Below the pieces are notes generated by a model that made no database searches, was not told the origin of the DNA, and saw nothing but the letters and a program-made list of their open reading frames with translations. From NCBI GenBank assembly GCA_050175015.1, contig JBFXJJ010000001.1:1-64000 (forward strand): DNA of 64,000 nucleotides. The letters run 5' to 3'. Below are positions 47,434 to 57,758 of the stretch, piece after piece (the stretch's first letter is position 1; every line of letters begins with the position of its first letter). This stretch comes from Alphaproteobacteria bacterium (GTDB lineage: Bacteria; Pseudomonadota; Alphaproteobacteria; JBFXJJ01). A program made the position numbers and the translations under genes.

Positions 47434-50400
47434 CTATTCTCTAAGAGTATCAATAATACGAGTCATCTTAGATTTAATGCGATTGTATCTTTCCTCAGAG
47501 AGATCATCAATAGCCACAGGCTGCAGCCTATCAGTATCGATGGTTCCGTCTGATGTTGATACACCATCACGATCGATTGAATCTACACAGGTATTAGTGT
47601 AAGGATTCCAAATCTTATCGTTAGAACATACACAAGTTCCACTGCTGTAGCTTGCTCCACTTGGACAATCTTTACATTCACCATTGTACCAAATTTGGTT
47701 CATACCACAGTCTACTGTATCAGCTGTCTTACATTCGCCATTTTGGCAAATATTAGATGAACAATGTCTGTTTTCTAAACATTCAAGACATTCAGAACCA
47801 CTCCAATAAGGCGTCTCTGAAGGACAGCACTTATTATCGCTACGACATTGCCTAATACCTGAGCAGTGACTGTTTGTGTAACATTCAATACAACCAGCCT
47901 GATCGCCAGTACATTCTACACACTCATAGTTAGAATTACACATCATTCCCGGAGTATCACAAGTTCCAGTATGTCCGCTAGTACCTGTACAAGGTTTACA
48001 TGCATTATTCTTCCAATAAGGTGTATATGATCCACAGCAAGAACCAGCATTAGTACCTGAAGTTTGGCACTGTTGGACACCAGAGCAAGCCGCATCACTA
48101 TATGAGCAAGAATTAGCTCCAGTAGCTAGATTACATGAGCCTGTACAGCATGAGTTAGTATTAACACAAGCGCCATTTCCATCTGGTTTCTGACTAGATC
48201 CACAGTTACAAGAACCACAAGCTGACGATGTAGAACATTCTGCACAATACTTAGGATCACCGGTACACTTGAAACCAGCTCCGCAATCACTATCGAAAGT
48301 ACATAAATCAGGGATTTCAACATCTCCGCCATAATTACATTCGTAATTTTCATCGCAGATAACACCTGTTGAAGGACATCCATTCTGACCGCCTGGAGTA
48401 TGGCATTCTGCACAGAAATATTCTCCACTCTGTTTAATACGATAGTATGGTTTATGCGATGGACAAGTGTTGCATGTATTTTGAGCACCATCAGCTGTTG
48501 AACAAATTTGATTACACCTAGTCCAAGCTGTTGTTCTGCTGTCAACCATACCTATTGGGCATCTATATTCTTTAGCACCCTGCGTTGACTGCATACACTG
48601 CCAGCTTGTTCCTATACCTGTACCCCATGTATAACCACAAAGGCCACGACATCCAGGAAGATCATCAGCGCTCTTATTCAAAACAGTATAATTAAACGGA
48701 TAATAATGCCATGAATAAGACGTTCCAACATCTCTAGGAGCAGAACAAGGAACACAACCAGCAAATTTAGGCCAAGTTGTTCCTGTTGGTGTACCCTCTG
48801 TTGCTTCATGATTATGACTATCATGACGCCAGAATGGAGCGTGCGGAGGACATGTACCACAAGTTTTTTCTCCAAAGTGGTCAATAATACCTGCATTAGT
48901 CATATTAATCGTCCATGAAGTATCACACTCAACACATTGACCATTAACGCATTCCAAACCACTTCCGGCACCACAATCATAATTTTCTTTACAGGTTGGT
49001 CCAATCCATTCAAAGTCAACACATTCACCACCGTCAGGGCAGTTACTAAATTCTGTTGAATTTGCTTTGTTACAACAAGTACAGAAATATTGATCTATAG
49101 GACCGGTTGATTTTGATTCCGCCTTCTTACGATAATATGGCTTATAGGAAGGACATGTTTGACATTCTGCCGTTCCTTCTTCGGTAGGACAGAGGTTAAC
49201 ACAGCTTCTCCAAGAATTATCAAAAGGTGTCGGAGGAATAAACCCAATTGGGCAGCGGTACATAATACCATGAGCATTTCTGTCATGAGCATTTCTCTGG
49301 CACTGCCAAGCAACGGTTGCACCACAATATCCGCGACATCCCGGAGTATCATATCTAGAAACATCATTAGGATAGAACGTTGCATGATGCGAACCTCCTG
49401 CTTCACAAGGAGTACAACCACCAGCCGCTGTTCTATAGTAAGGTGAATGAGTTGGACATGATCCACAAACAGATGCCCTAACTGCCGCATTTGTTTCTTC
49501 TGAATAGTGTGCACCAGAAATTGGGACAGATGGACAAGCTACGCATTCTCCAGTATTTGCATCACATTGCTTGCCGCTACCTTCGCCGCAGGCATGGTGA
49601 TTAGCACAAATACATCCACCCTCACCATCTTCTTTAAAGTTTTCTGGACACTTGCCGCAAACGTAGTTTTCATCACATTCTGAACAATATTCACTTGGCT
49701 GACTTGCCGTATGACAAGATGTACAGAAATATTCGCCATTCTGTTTTACGCGGTAGTAAGGTTTTGTTGAAGGACATGTGTTACATATATATTCTTCACC
49801 ATCAGAGATAGGACATATTGTAGCGCACTTGGTCCAAGCACCGGTTCTATTATCAACCATACCAACTGGACACATAGCAATATTAGCACCAGAAGTTATT
49901 TGGTTACATTGCCATTTATCAGAAGGAGAGCTACTTCCCCACGTGTATCCACAAAGACCACGACACCCAGGATAACCATCTGGAGTTTTATAAGGAGAAA
50001 CATCCCATTTGAATGTATGATAATACCAACTATACGCTGTTCCAGTGTTCTTTGGAGCCGAACATGGTACACAGCCTGAGAATTTATCTCTTCCACCGCC
50101 TGTATGATCATCATAACGCCAGAATGGGGCATGAGGAGGACATGTTCCGCAAGTTTTATCTAGAGACTGGTCTATAAATGCACCATTAGTGAAACTAACT
50201 GTCCAAGATGTGCTGCATTCTACACAAGTTCCATCAACACACTCGTAGCCATTTTGAGCACCACAATCATAGTTTTCTGAACAACTCTTTCCTGTGTATT
50301 CAAAATCTTTACAAGTTCCACCATCAGGACAAGTACCACCTTCTGTAGAATCAGACTGCTTACAACAAGTACAGAAGTACTTATCTATTGGTCCCGTTGA

Positions 50401-53400
50401 CCTTTCATCAGTTTTCTTTCTGTAGAATGGTTTATATGAAGGACACGTTGGACATTCGGCACTGCCGTTTGAAAGCGGACATACAGCACCACAATTACGA
50501 CGAACAGTATCAAATGTCGTATCTGGAACGATACCTACAGGACAACGTTCAATTACATCATGGGTTGGTAAACCATAATTATATCTTGAGCAAAGCCAAA
50601 CACCAGTTGCTCCACAATAACCACGGCAACCCATCGGAGTATCTAAACTTGAGAATGAATTAGCGTGGAACCCTGCATAGTAAGAACCACTGGAATCACA
50701 AGCTGTACATCCTATTGCCGAACGGAAGTAAGGTGCATGAGGTGGACACGTTGGACAAATTGACGCTCTAACACCAGCAACAATGTCATGACTATGATGC
50801 GCACCTGATACTATTGTATTAGGACAATCTACACATTCGCCACTAACACACATTTTACCACTACCTTCAATACAAGCATGGTGATTCAAGCAGTAACAAC
50901 CGCCTTCGCCATCATCTCCAAAGTTCTTTGGACAAGACTGACAAACATAATCCTCATCACAATCATCACAGAAAGAGCTTGTTTGATTTGGTGTATGACA
51001 TGACGAACAGAAATATTCACCATTTCTCTTTATTCTGTAATACGGTTTTGTATAAGGACAAGAGTTACAAGTATTAACAGCCCCATCAGATGTCGGACAA
51101 AGAGTATCACATCTTTTCCAAGCGGTTGTTCTAGTATCAACCATACCTATTGGACAACGGTATTCTTTAACTCCAGAATTTAACTGATTACACTGCCAAT
51201 TACTGGTATTTGTAGAACCTCCCCATGTATAGCCACAAAGACCTCTACAACCCTTGGTCTCTTCATAGCTCTTGTTTACATTGTTATAATTAAACGTGTA
51301 ATAATGCCAAGAATATGAGGCCCCTGTATTTTTTGGAGCCGAACAAGGGACACAGCCCGAGAACTTAGTCCAAGGAACGGAAGCTACAGGACTGCCCTGT
51401 CCAACTACATGGAAGTGGTCATCATACCTCCAGAATGGGGCATGAATAGGGCAAGTACCGCAAGTTTGCTCATAGCGTTGATCTATAATTGCAGCATTTG
51501 TGCTATAGACTGTCCAAGTTGTATCACATTCTGTACAGGTACCACTAACACATTCATAGCCACTTTGAGCACCACAATCATAATCCTCAGAACAACTCTT
51601 TCCAATATATTCAAAATCAACACATTCTCCACCATCTGGACAAGTACTTCCAATCGTTGAATTTGCCTGTTTACAACAAGTGCAGAAATATTGATCTACT
51701 GGACCTTTTGAATTTTCTGCTGTTTTTTTACGGAAGAACGGCTTGTATGACGGACAAGTATCACATTCCCCACCAGTTTCTGTAGTATCACATAATGTTG
51801 TACAACTTCTCCAAACAGCATCGAACGGTATTGGGTTCATATAACCAACAGGACAACGTGCCATAATACTATATGAAGTATTTGGATAAGCATAACGTTG
51901 ACACTGCCAATTATTACAATAACCACGACACCCTAAAATTGCACTACCAGGAAAACCATTATAGTAGAAATTGGCCCAATAGGCTCCAGCTGTTGAACAA
52001 GGAGAACATGCTCCTATAGCTGCACGATAGAACGGAGCATATGTTGGACAACTTCCACAGGTAGATGCTCTAACTGTAGCAAGGAGTTCTTGAGAACCTT
52101 CTGAACCTCCAACGTTAGCTGAAGGACAAGCTTCACATTCTCCTGTTGAGAAGTTACATTGCCTACCACTACCTTCACCACAAGCATGATGGCTTATACA
52201 ACGACATTTGCCTGTCCCATCGTCTTCGGTATAATCTGGACAGCCCAAACATACATAGTTTTCATCACAAATACCACAGTAACTACTTGGTGTGCTTGGT
52301 GTATGACACGCTGTACATAAATATTCACCACTTGGCTTCTTACGGTAATATGGCTTGTTATATGGACACGAGTTACAAGTATTACTTTCACCATCAGATG
52401 TTGAACATACCGCACCGCATTTAGTCCAAGCTCCTGTTCTTGCATCAACAATACCAACTGGACAACGAGCTTGCCAAGAACCCTGATTTGATTGCATACA
52501 CTGCCATTTATCAGAAAGTGATGTACTTCCAGAGTAATAGCCGCAAAGACCTCGGCATCCAGGATAGTCATCGGCTGTTTTATATGGGCTTATACCATTG
52601 CTAAATGTCCAAGAATGCCAGTAATATGCCGTTCCTGTGTTCTTTGGAGCCGAACAAGGCACACAACCTGCGAATTTAGACCAACCTCCACCAGTATGGT
52701 CATCATAACGCCAGAATGGAGCATGTATTGGACAAGTTCCACAAGTCTTATCTTGTGATTGATCTATAACAGCACCGTTGTTAAAATTAATAGTCCAAGT
52801 TGTATCACATTCTGTACACTTACCATCAACACATTCATAACCACTTTCAGCACCGCAATCGTAATTTTCTGAACAATCCTTACCGGTATATTCAAAATCC
52901 GTACAAGTACCGCCGTCTGGACAAGTTCCTCCATTAGTACTATTTGCTCGCTTACAACACGTACAGAAATATTGATCTAATGGGCCAGTTGATCTTGCTG
53001 TAGTTTTCTTACGGAAATATGGTTTATGTGGCGGACAAGTATCACATGTACTTGTGTTATCATTTGTTGGACATAAATTAGTACAATTACGTCTTGTAGT
53101 ATCAAACAATAATGGAACATCGTACCCTACTGGACAACGCTCAATTATTCCATGAGTAGATAAACCATGATTATATCTTGAACATACCCAACTACTACAA
53201 TAACCACGGCACCCCACAGGCGTATTTAAAAGCGGGAAAGGATTGCCATGATGAACAGCATAATAAGCTGCACTAGAGTCACAAGGTTGACAACCACCAG
53301 ATCTATAATAAGGAGCATAAGGTGGGCACGTTGGACAAACTGATGCCCTAACTGCAGCAACAGTATCATGCGAATGATTAGCTCCTGATATAACTGTAGA

Positions 53401-56400
53401 TGGACAAGCTACACAAGCACCGTTCACACACATTTTTCCGCTGCCTTCACCACAAGCATGGTGATTAGCACAAAGACAACGACCATTACCATCATCTATG
53501 AAGTTTTCTGGACAACCCAAACACGTATAATCAGCATCACACTCACCACAGAAAGAACTTGGCTGGCTTGGTGTATGACATGACGAACAGAAGTATTCAC
53601 CATTTGGTTTCATACGATAATAGGGAGTTGTAACAGGACAAGAATTACAAGTGTTAGCCTCACCATCATTAGTATCACAAAGAGGACCACACACAGTCCA
53701 AGCTGCTGTTCTCTGATCAACAATGCCTACTGGACAACGATACTCTTTCGCTCCACTATTAAGCTGCATACAAGCCCAGTTACTTCCAGGATATTGACCA
53801 GACTGATAACCACAAATACCACGACAGCCCGGAGAATCATCAGCACTCTTATTTAAAGCAGAGTTATTAAATGGATAATAATGCCAATAAGATGCAGATG
53901 AACCTGTACTCTTAGATGCCGAACATGGGACACAACCAGCAAATTGAGGCCAAGCAGTCCCTGTAGGATTGCCTTCTACAGAAGTATGAGAGTGATCATC
54001 ATAACGCCAGAATGGAGCGTGCGGTGGACATGTTCCACATGTTTTTTCACCAGCATGATCTATGATAGAACCAGTAACCGCGGTTAATGTCCAAGAAGTA
54101 TCACACTCTGTACATTTACCATTAACACATTCGTAGCCACTTTGGGCACCACAATCATAGTTATCTGAGCAATCTTTGCCAGTATATTCAAAGTCTGTAC
54201 AAGTACCACCAGATGGGCAAGTGCCTCCATCTGTAGTATTAGCTTGTTTACAACACGTACAGAAGTACTGATTTATAGGACCTGATGATCTATGATCTGT
54301 TTTCTTACGGAAATATGGTTTATATGACGGACAAGTTCCACAAGATGTAGTATTATCTCCTGTTGGACAAAGTGTTGAACATGCTCTATAAGTCGCGTCA
54401 TATGGATATGGAGGCTGATAACCTACAGGACAACGAGCAATAATATGATGTTGGTTATAGTTCCAAGCATATATAGAACAAATCCAAGCCCCAGCACCAC
54501 CACAGTAACCACGACAACCTAAGATACCTTTAGATGGCATAGCATTCTGCCAAACATTGCCATGATAAGCCGCGCTTGATTCACAAGGTGTACACCCGCC
54601 TGCTCCAGTTCTAAAGAAAGGAGCATATGTTGGGCATGTTCCACAGGTTGAGGCGGCTACACTAGCATTTGTTTCATGAGAACCTGAAGCTCCAGAAACT
54701 GGTACAGATGGACAAGCAACACACTTGCCACTTATACACTGCATACCACTGCCTTCTGAACCACAAGCAAAGTGATCAGTACATGCACAACTACCATCTC
54801 CTGGGTCTTCAAAGTGATCTGGACATGCTGTACACATATAGTTTTCATCACAAGCTCCACAGAACGAGCTTGGTTGATTTGGTGTATGACATGATGAACA
54901 GAAATATTCACCATTTGGTTTTTTACGATAATATGGAGAAACAGCTGGGCACGTATTACATGTATTAGCAGCACCATCTGCAATAGGACATAAAGTATTA
55001 CATACTGTCCAGGCCCCAGTTCTATTATCAACCATACCAACAGGACACATAGCAACATTAGAACCAGATGTTACCTGTAAACACATCCAAGCGCTTTGAG
55101 CTGACTGCCCAACTTGCGCTCCTGCCTGATAGCCGCAAAGACCTCGGCAACCTGGATACCCTTCTGGAGTCTTATAAGGAGAAACGTTCCATGCAAATGT
55201 ATGATAATACCAATAATAACTAGAACCTGTGTTCTTAGGTATGGCACATGGTACGCATCCAGAAAATTTAGTCCAAGGTGTTGCCGCTAAAGGATATCCT
55301 TGACCAACAGCATGGTTATGATCATCATAACGCCAGAATGGGGCATGCGGAGGGCAGGTTCCACAAGTTTTAATGCCAGATTGATCAAGATATGCGCCAT
55401 TAGTAGTAGATACAGTCCAAGAAGTATCACATTCTGTACACTTACCATTAACACACTCATAACCACTTTCTGCACCACATTCATAATTTTCTGTACAATC
55501 CTTAGACCATTCAAAATCTGTACACGTGCCTCCAGACGGACATGCGCCGCCATCGGTAGTATCTGCTTGTCTACAACAAGTACAGAAATATTGTTCAATA
55601 GGACCATTCACGTTTTCTTGAGGTTTTCTACGATAAAAAGGTTTGTATGATGGACACGTTGAACATGTTGCATCATTGTCTCCAAATGGACAAACGGTAT
55701 CACAGTCACGCCAAGTCTGATCAAACGGAGTTGGAGCAATCATACCAACTGGGCAACGAGTCATAATGTAATTAGTATTGATATTATAGGCATATCTACG
55801 ACAAGACCAAGCATTACAATATCCACGGCATCCAGGAATCTTAACATTAGGAAAACCATTTGGATAAATATTTGCCCAATATACTCCAGCCGCAGAACAA
55901 GGTGTACACCCTCCTGCGTCTTTTCTATAGAATGGAGCGTGAGGAGGACAACTTGGACAAGTAGAAGCTATAACTGTTGCATTAGTTTCATGAGAATAGT
56001 CACCACCACTGACAGCAGCAGAAGGACAAGCAACACAATCACCACTTACACACTGCATACCACTGCCTTCAGCACCACATGCAAAATGGTTTATACAACG
56101 GCAGCCACCTTTTCCATCGCTCTCAAAATTTGTAGGACATGTTTGGCATACATATTTTTCATCGCAATCATCACAATATGGGCTACTTGTACTTGGAGTG
56201 TGGCAAGACGTACAGAAATATTCACCACTAGGTTTCTTACGATAATATGGCTTTGTTGCGGGACAAGAATTACAAGTATTGCTTGATCCATCTGTAATTG
56301 GGCAAACTTGACAAGCTGTCCAAGCACTAGTTCTCTTATCAATCATACCTATCGGACAACGAGCCTGCCAAGAGCCTTGATTAGACTGCATACAACTCCA

Positions 56401-57516
56401 ATCACCTCCAGGATAAACTCCTCCTGTATAACCACAAAGACCACGACAACCTGGCAAGTCATCTGCGGCTTTATATGGGCTCACTGTATAATTAAACGTC
56501 CAATAGTGATTATAATATTGATAACCTGTATTTTTTGGTGCAGAACAAGGCACACAGCCTGAAAACTTAGTCCAATTTGTACCTGTTGGATTTCCTGTGG
56601 TTGAGGCATGATTATGATCATCATAACGCCAGAATGGAGCATGAACAGGACAAGTGCCGCAGGTTTTCTGCGTTGTATGGTCAATAATAGAAGCAACACC
56701 ACCTGTAGTAACAGTATTAATTGTCCATGTTGTATCGCATTCTACACATTTATTATCCACACATTCATAGCCTAAACTGTTTTTATCTACACTCATACAA
56801 TCAAAATTGTTGTTACAAGTTTTCGTCCATTCAAAATCTTTACAAATTCCTCCTTCTGGACAAGCTCCATCATCCGTAGAATCAGCTTGACGACAACAAG
56901 TGCAGAAATATTGGTCGACAGGACCTGTAGATTTGGCCTCTGTCTTTTTACGGTAATAAGGTTTATGAGCAGGGCACGTATCACACTCATTACTATTATC
57001 ATCTGTAGGACAAAGCTCTGTACAACTACGCCAAGTAGCATCAAGTAAAGACGGATTCATATAACCAACAGGACAACGGTACATGATGTTATATTGAGGT
57101 CTATAATGTCCATACCTCTGGCATTGCCAAGCAGCCGAAGCACCACAATATCCTCGGCAACCAGGAATTTTATAAGGAGGAACATCATGATAATAATATG
57201 TTGCGTGATAAGAATTTCCAGCTTCACAGGGAGTACAACCACCAGCTCCAGATCTAAAAAACGGGGCATACGTTGGACAGGTTCCACAAACAGATGCTGC
57301 AACAGCTGAGTTTAATTCATGACAATAATGCGCCCCAGAAACAGCCGCCGTTGCACAATTGGTACAAACTCCATCAACACATTCTCTACCACTGCCTTCA
57401 ATACCACAGTCAAAATGGCTAGTGCAGTACGTAGCGTATGAGACATTAGGAGAGCTGACTAAAATGGCACAAAATGTGATACCAAAAGATACTAATATAC
57501 TGATTTTATTGAACAT
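47434..57516 (-). CDS. Giant secreted cysteine-rich tandem-repeat protein (~3360 aa)
   Basis: Uninterrupted 10 kb ORF. An AGGAGA SD precedes the ATG at 57516 (MFNKISILVSFGITFCAILVSSPNVSYA signal peptide). Seven ~430 aa Cys-rich units are followed by a Cys-rich tail. Confidence 0.93.
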   Translation of the reverse strand: MFNKISILVSFGITFCAILVSSPNVSYATYCTSHFDCGIEGSGRECVDGVCTNCATAAVSGAHYCHELNSAVAASVCGTCPTYAPFFRSGAGGCTPCEAGNSYHATYYYHDVPPYKIPGCRGYCGASAAWQCQRYGHYRPQYNIMYRCPVGYMNPSLLDATWRSCTELCPTDDNSNECDTCPAHKPYYRKKTEAKSTGPVDQYFCTCCRQADSTDDGACPEGGICKDFEWTKTCNNNFDCMSVDKNSLGYECVDNKCVECDTTWTINTVTTGGVASIIDHTTQKTCGTCPVHAPFWRYDDHNHASTTGNPTGTNWTKFSGCVPCSAPKNTGYQYYNHYWTFNYTVSPYKAADDLPGCRGLCGYTGGVYPGGDWSCMQSNQGSWQARCPIGMIDKRTSAWTACQVCPITDGSSNTCNSCPATKPYYRKKPSGEYFCTSCHTPSTSSPYCDDCDEKYVCQTCPTNFESDGKGGCRCINHFACGAEGSGMQCVSGDCVACPSAAVSGGDYSHETNATVIASTCPSCPPHAPFYRKDAGGCTPCSAAGVYWANIYPNGFPNVKIPGCRGYCNAWSCRRYAYNINTNYIMTRCPVGMIAPTPFDQTWRDCDTVCPFGDNDATCSTCPSYKPFYRRKPQENVNGPIEQYFCTCCRQADTTDGGACPSGGTCTDFEWSKDCTENYECGAESGYECVNGKCTECDTSWTVSTTNGAYLDQSGIKTCGTCPPHAPFWRYDDHNHAVGQGYPLAATPWTKFSGCVPCAIPKNTGSSYYWYYHTFAWNVSPYKTPEGYPGCRGLCGYQAGAQVGQSAQSAWMCLQVTSGSNVAMCPVGMVDNRTGAWTVCNTLCPIADGAANTCNTCPAVSPYYRKKPNGEYFCSSCHTPNQPSSFCGACDENYMCTACPDHFEDPGDGSCACTDHFACGSEGSGMQCISGKCVACPSVPVSGASGSHETNASVAASTCGTCPTYAPFFRTGAGGCTPCESSAAYHGNVWQNAMPSKGILGCRGYCGGAGAWICSIYAWNYNQHHIIARCPVGYQPPYPYDATYRACSTLCPTGDNTTSCGTCPSYKPYFRKKTDHRSSGPINQYFCTCCKQANTTDGGTCPSGGTCTDFEYTGKDCSDNYDCGAQSGYECVNGKCTECDTSWTLTAVTGSIIDHAGEKTCGTCPPHAPFWRYDDHSHTSVEGNPTGTAWPQFAGCVPCSASKSTGSSASYWHYYPFNNSALNKSADDSPGCRGICGYQSGQYPGSNWACMQLNSGAKEYRCPVGIVDQRTAAWTVCGPLCDTNDGEANTCNSCPVTTPYYRMKPNGEYFCSSCHTPSQPSSFCGECDADYTCLGCPENFIDDGNGRCLCANHHACGEGSGKMCVNGACVACPSTVISGANHSHDTVAAVRASVCPTCPPYAPYYRSGGCQPCDSSAAYYAVHHGNPFPLLNTPVGCRGYCSSWVCSRYNHGLSTHGIIERCPVGYDVPLLFDTTRRNCTNLCPTNDNTSTCDTCPPHKPYFRKKTTARSTGPLDQYFCTCCKRANSTNGGTCPDGGTCTDFEYTGKDCSENYDCGAESGYECVDGKCTECDTTWTINFNNGAVIDQSQDKTCGTCPIHAPFWRYDDHTGGGWSKFAGCVPCSAPKNTGTAYYWHSWTFSNGISPYKTADDYPGCRGLCGYYSGSTSLSDKWQCMQSNQGSWQARCPVGIVDARTGAWTKCGAVCSTSDGESNTCNSCPYNKPYYRKKPSGEYLCTACHTPSTPSSYCGICDENYVCLGCPDYTEDDGTGKCRCISHHACGEGSGRQCNFSTGECEACPSANVGGSEGSQELLATVRASTCGSCPTYAPFYRAAIGACSPCSTAGAYWANFYYNGFPGSAILGCRGYCNNWQCQRYAYPNTSYSIMARCPVGYMNPIPFDAVWRSCTTLCDTTETGGECDTCPSYKPFFRKKTAENSKGPVDQYFCTCCKQANSTIGSTCPDGGECVDFEYIGKSCSEDYDCGAQSGYECVSGTCTECDTTWTVYSTNAAIIDQRYEQTCGTCPIHAPFWRYDDHFHVVGQGSPVASVPWTKFSGCVPCSAPKNTGASYSWHYYTFNYNNVNKSYEETKGCRGLCGYTWGGSTNTSNWQCNQLNSGVKEYRCPIGMVDTRTTAWKRCDTLCPTSDGAVNTCNSCPYTKPYYRIKRNGEYFCSSCHTPNQTSSFCDDCDEDYVCQSCPKNFGDDGEGGCYCLNHHACIEGSGKMCVSGECVDCPNTIVSGAHHSHDIVAGVRASICPTCPPHAPYFRSAIGCTACDSSGSYYAGFHANSFSSLDTPMGCRGYCGATGVWLCSRYNYGLPTHDVIERCPVGIVPDTTFDTVRRNCGAVCPLSNGSAECPTCPSYKPFYRKKTDERSTGPIDKYFCTCCKQSDSTEGGTCPDGGTCKDFEYTGKSCSENYDCGAQNGYECVDGTCVECSTSWTVSFTNGAFIDQSLDKTCGTCPPHAPFWRYDDHTGGGRDKFSGCVPCSAPKNTGTAYSWYYHTFKWDVSPYKTPDGYPGCRGLCGYTWGSSSPSDKWQCNQITSGANIAMCPVGMVDNRTGAWTKCATICPISDGEEYICNTCPSTKPYYRVKQNGEYFCTSCHTASQPSEYCSECDENYVCGKCPENFKEDGEGGCICANHHACGEGSGKQCDANTGECVACPSVPISGAHYSEETNAAVRASVCGSCPTHSPYYRTAAGGCTPCEAGGSHHATFYPNDVSRYDTPGCRGYCGATVAWQCQRNAHDRNAHGIMYRCPIGFIPPTPFDNSWRSCVNLCPTEEGTAECQTCPSYKPYYRKKAESKSTGPIDQYFCTCCNKANSTEFSNCPDGGECVDFEWIGPTCKENYDCGAGSGLECVNGQCVECDTSWTINMTNAGIIDHFGEKTCGTCPPHAPFWRHDSHNHEATEGTPTGTTWPKFAGCVPCSAPRDVGTSYSWHYYPFNYTVLNKSADDLPGCRGLCGYTWGTGIGTSWQCMQSTQGAKEYRCPIGMVDSRTTAWTRCNQICSTADGAQNTCNTCPSHKPYYRIKQSGEYFCAECHTPGGQNGCPSTGVICDENYECNYGGDVEIPDLCTFDSDCGAGFKCTGDPKYCAECSTSSACGSCNCGSSQKPDGNGACVNTNSCCTGSCNLATGANSCSYSDAACSGVQQCQTSGTNAGSCCGSYTPYWKNNACKPCTGTSGHTGTCDTPGMMCNSNYECVECTGDQAGCIECYTNSHCSGIRQCRSDNKCCPSETPYWSGSECLECLENRHCSSNICQNGECKTADTVDCGMNQIWYNGECKDCPSGASYSSGTCVCSNDKIWNPYTNTCVDSIDRDGVSTSDGTIDTDRLQPVAIDDLSEERYNRIKSKMTRIIDTLRE
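48325..57426 (-). repeat. Seven diverged tandem units of ~1.27-1.33 kb
   Basis: Unit starts (minus strand) at 57426, 56097, 54783, 53472, 52200, 50892 and 49608; the DNA motif acgccagaatgg or close variants recurs in each unit. Confidence 0.92.
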
Positions 57517-57758
57517 GTTCTGTTCTCCTAATGCAAGATGTAAAAAACCCATTAAGCTCTTTACACATGGAAACCCTTATCTGTATTTTGCCTTAAAATT
57601 TATCCCAATGCAATTAAAAAAAATGCGCTATTTTTATGAAAATTCTATATTTTTTTTATTTTTATTTAATACAATTTTTTAATTCTGTTTTGTTTCAATC
57701 TGTCTTTTTTTAAAAAATATTCCTTTTTTATAAGACTGCTTTTTTAGAATCTTATGAC

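Noticed and set aside
47434-57516. Diversity-generating retroelement as the source of loop variation
   Set aside because: No reverse transcriptase and no near-identical template/variable repeat pair seen in the window; the differences include indels and are not evidently adenine-specific.
57517-57552. Upstream start (MGFLHL...) for the giant ORF
   Set aside because: The ATG at 57516 has a strong AGGAGA SD and begins a clean signal peptide.
48126-57682. Many short overlapping ORFs within the giant gene
   Set aside because: Shadow frames caused by biased codon usage; no independent signals or motifs.
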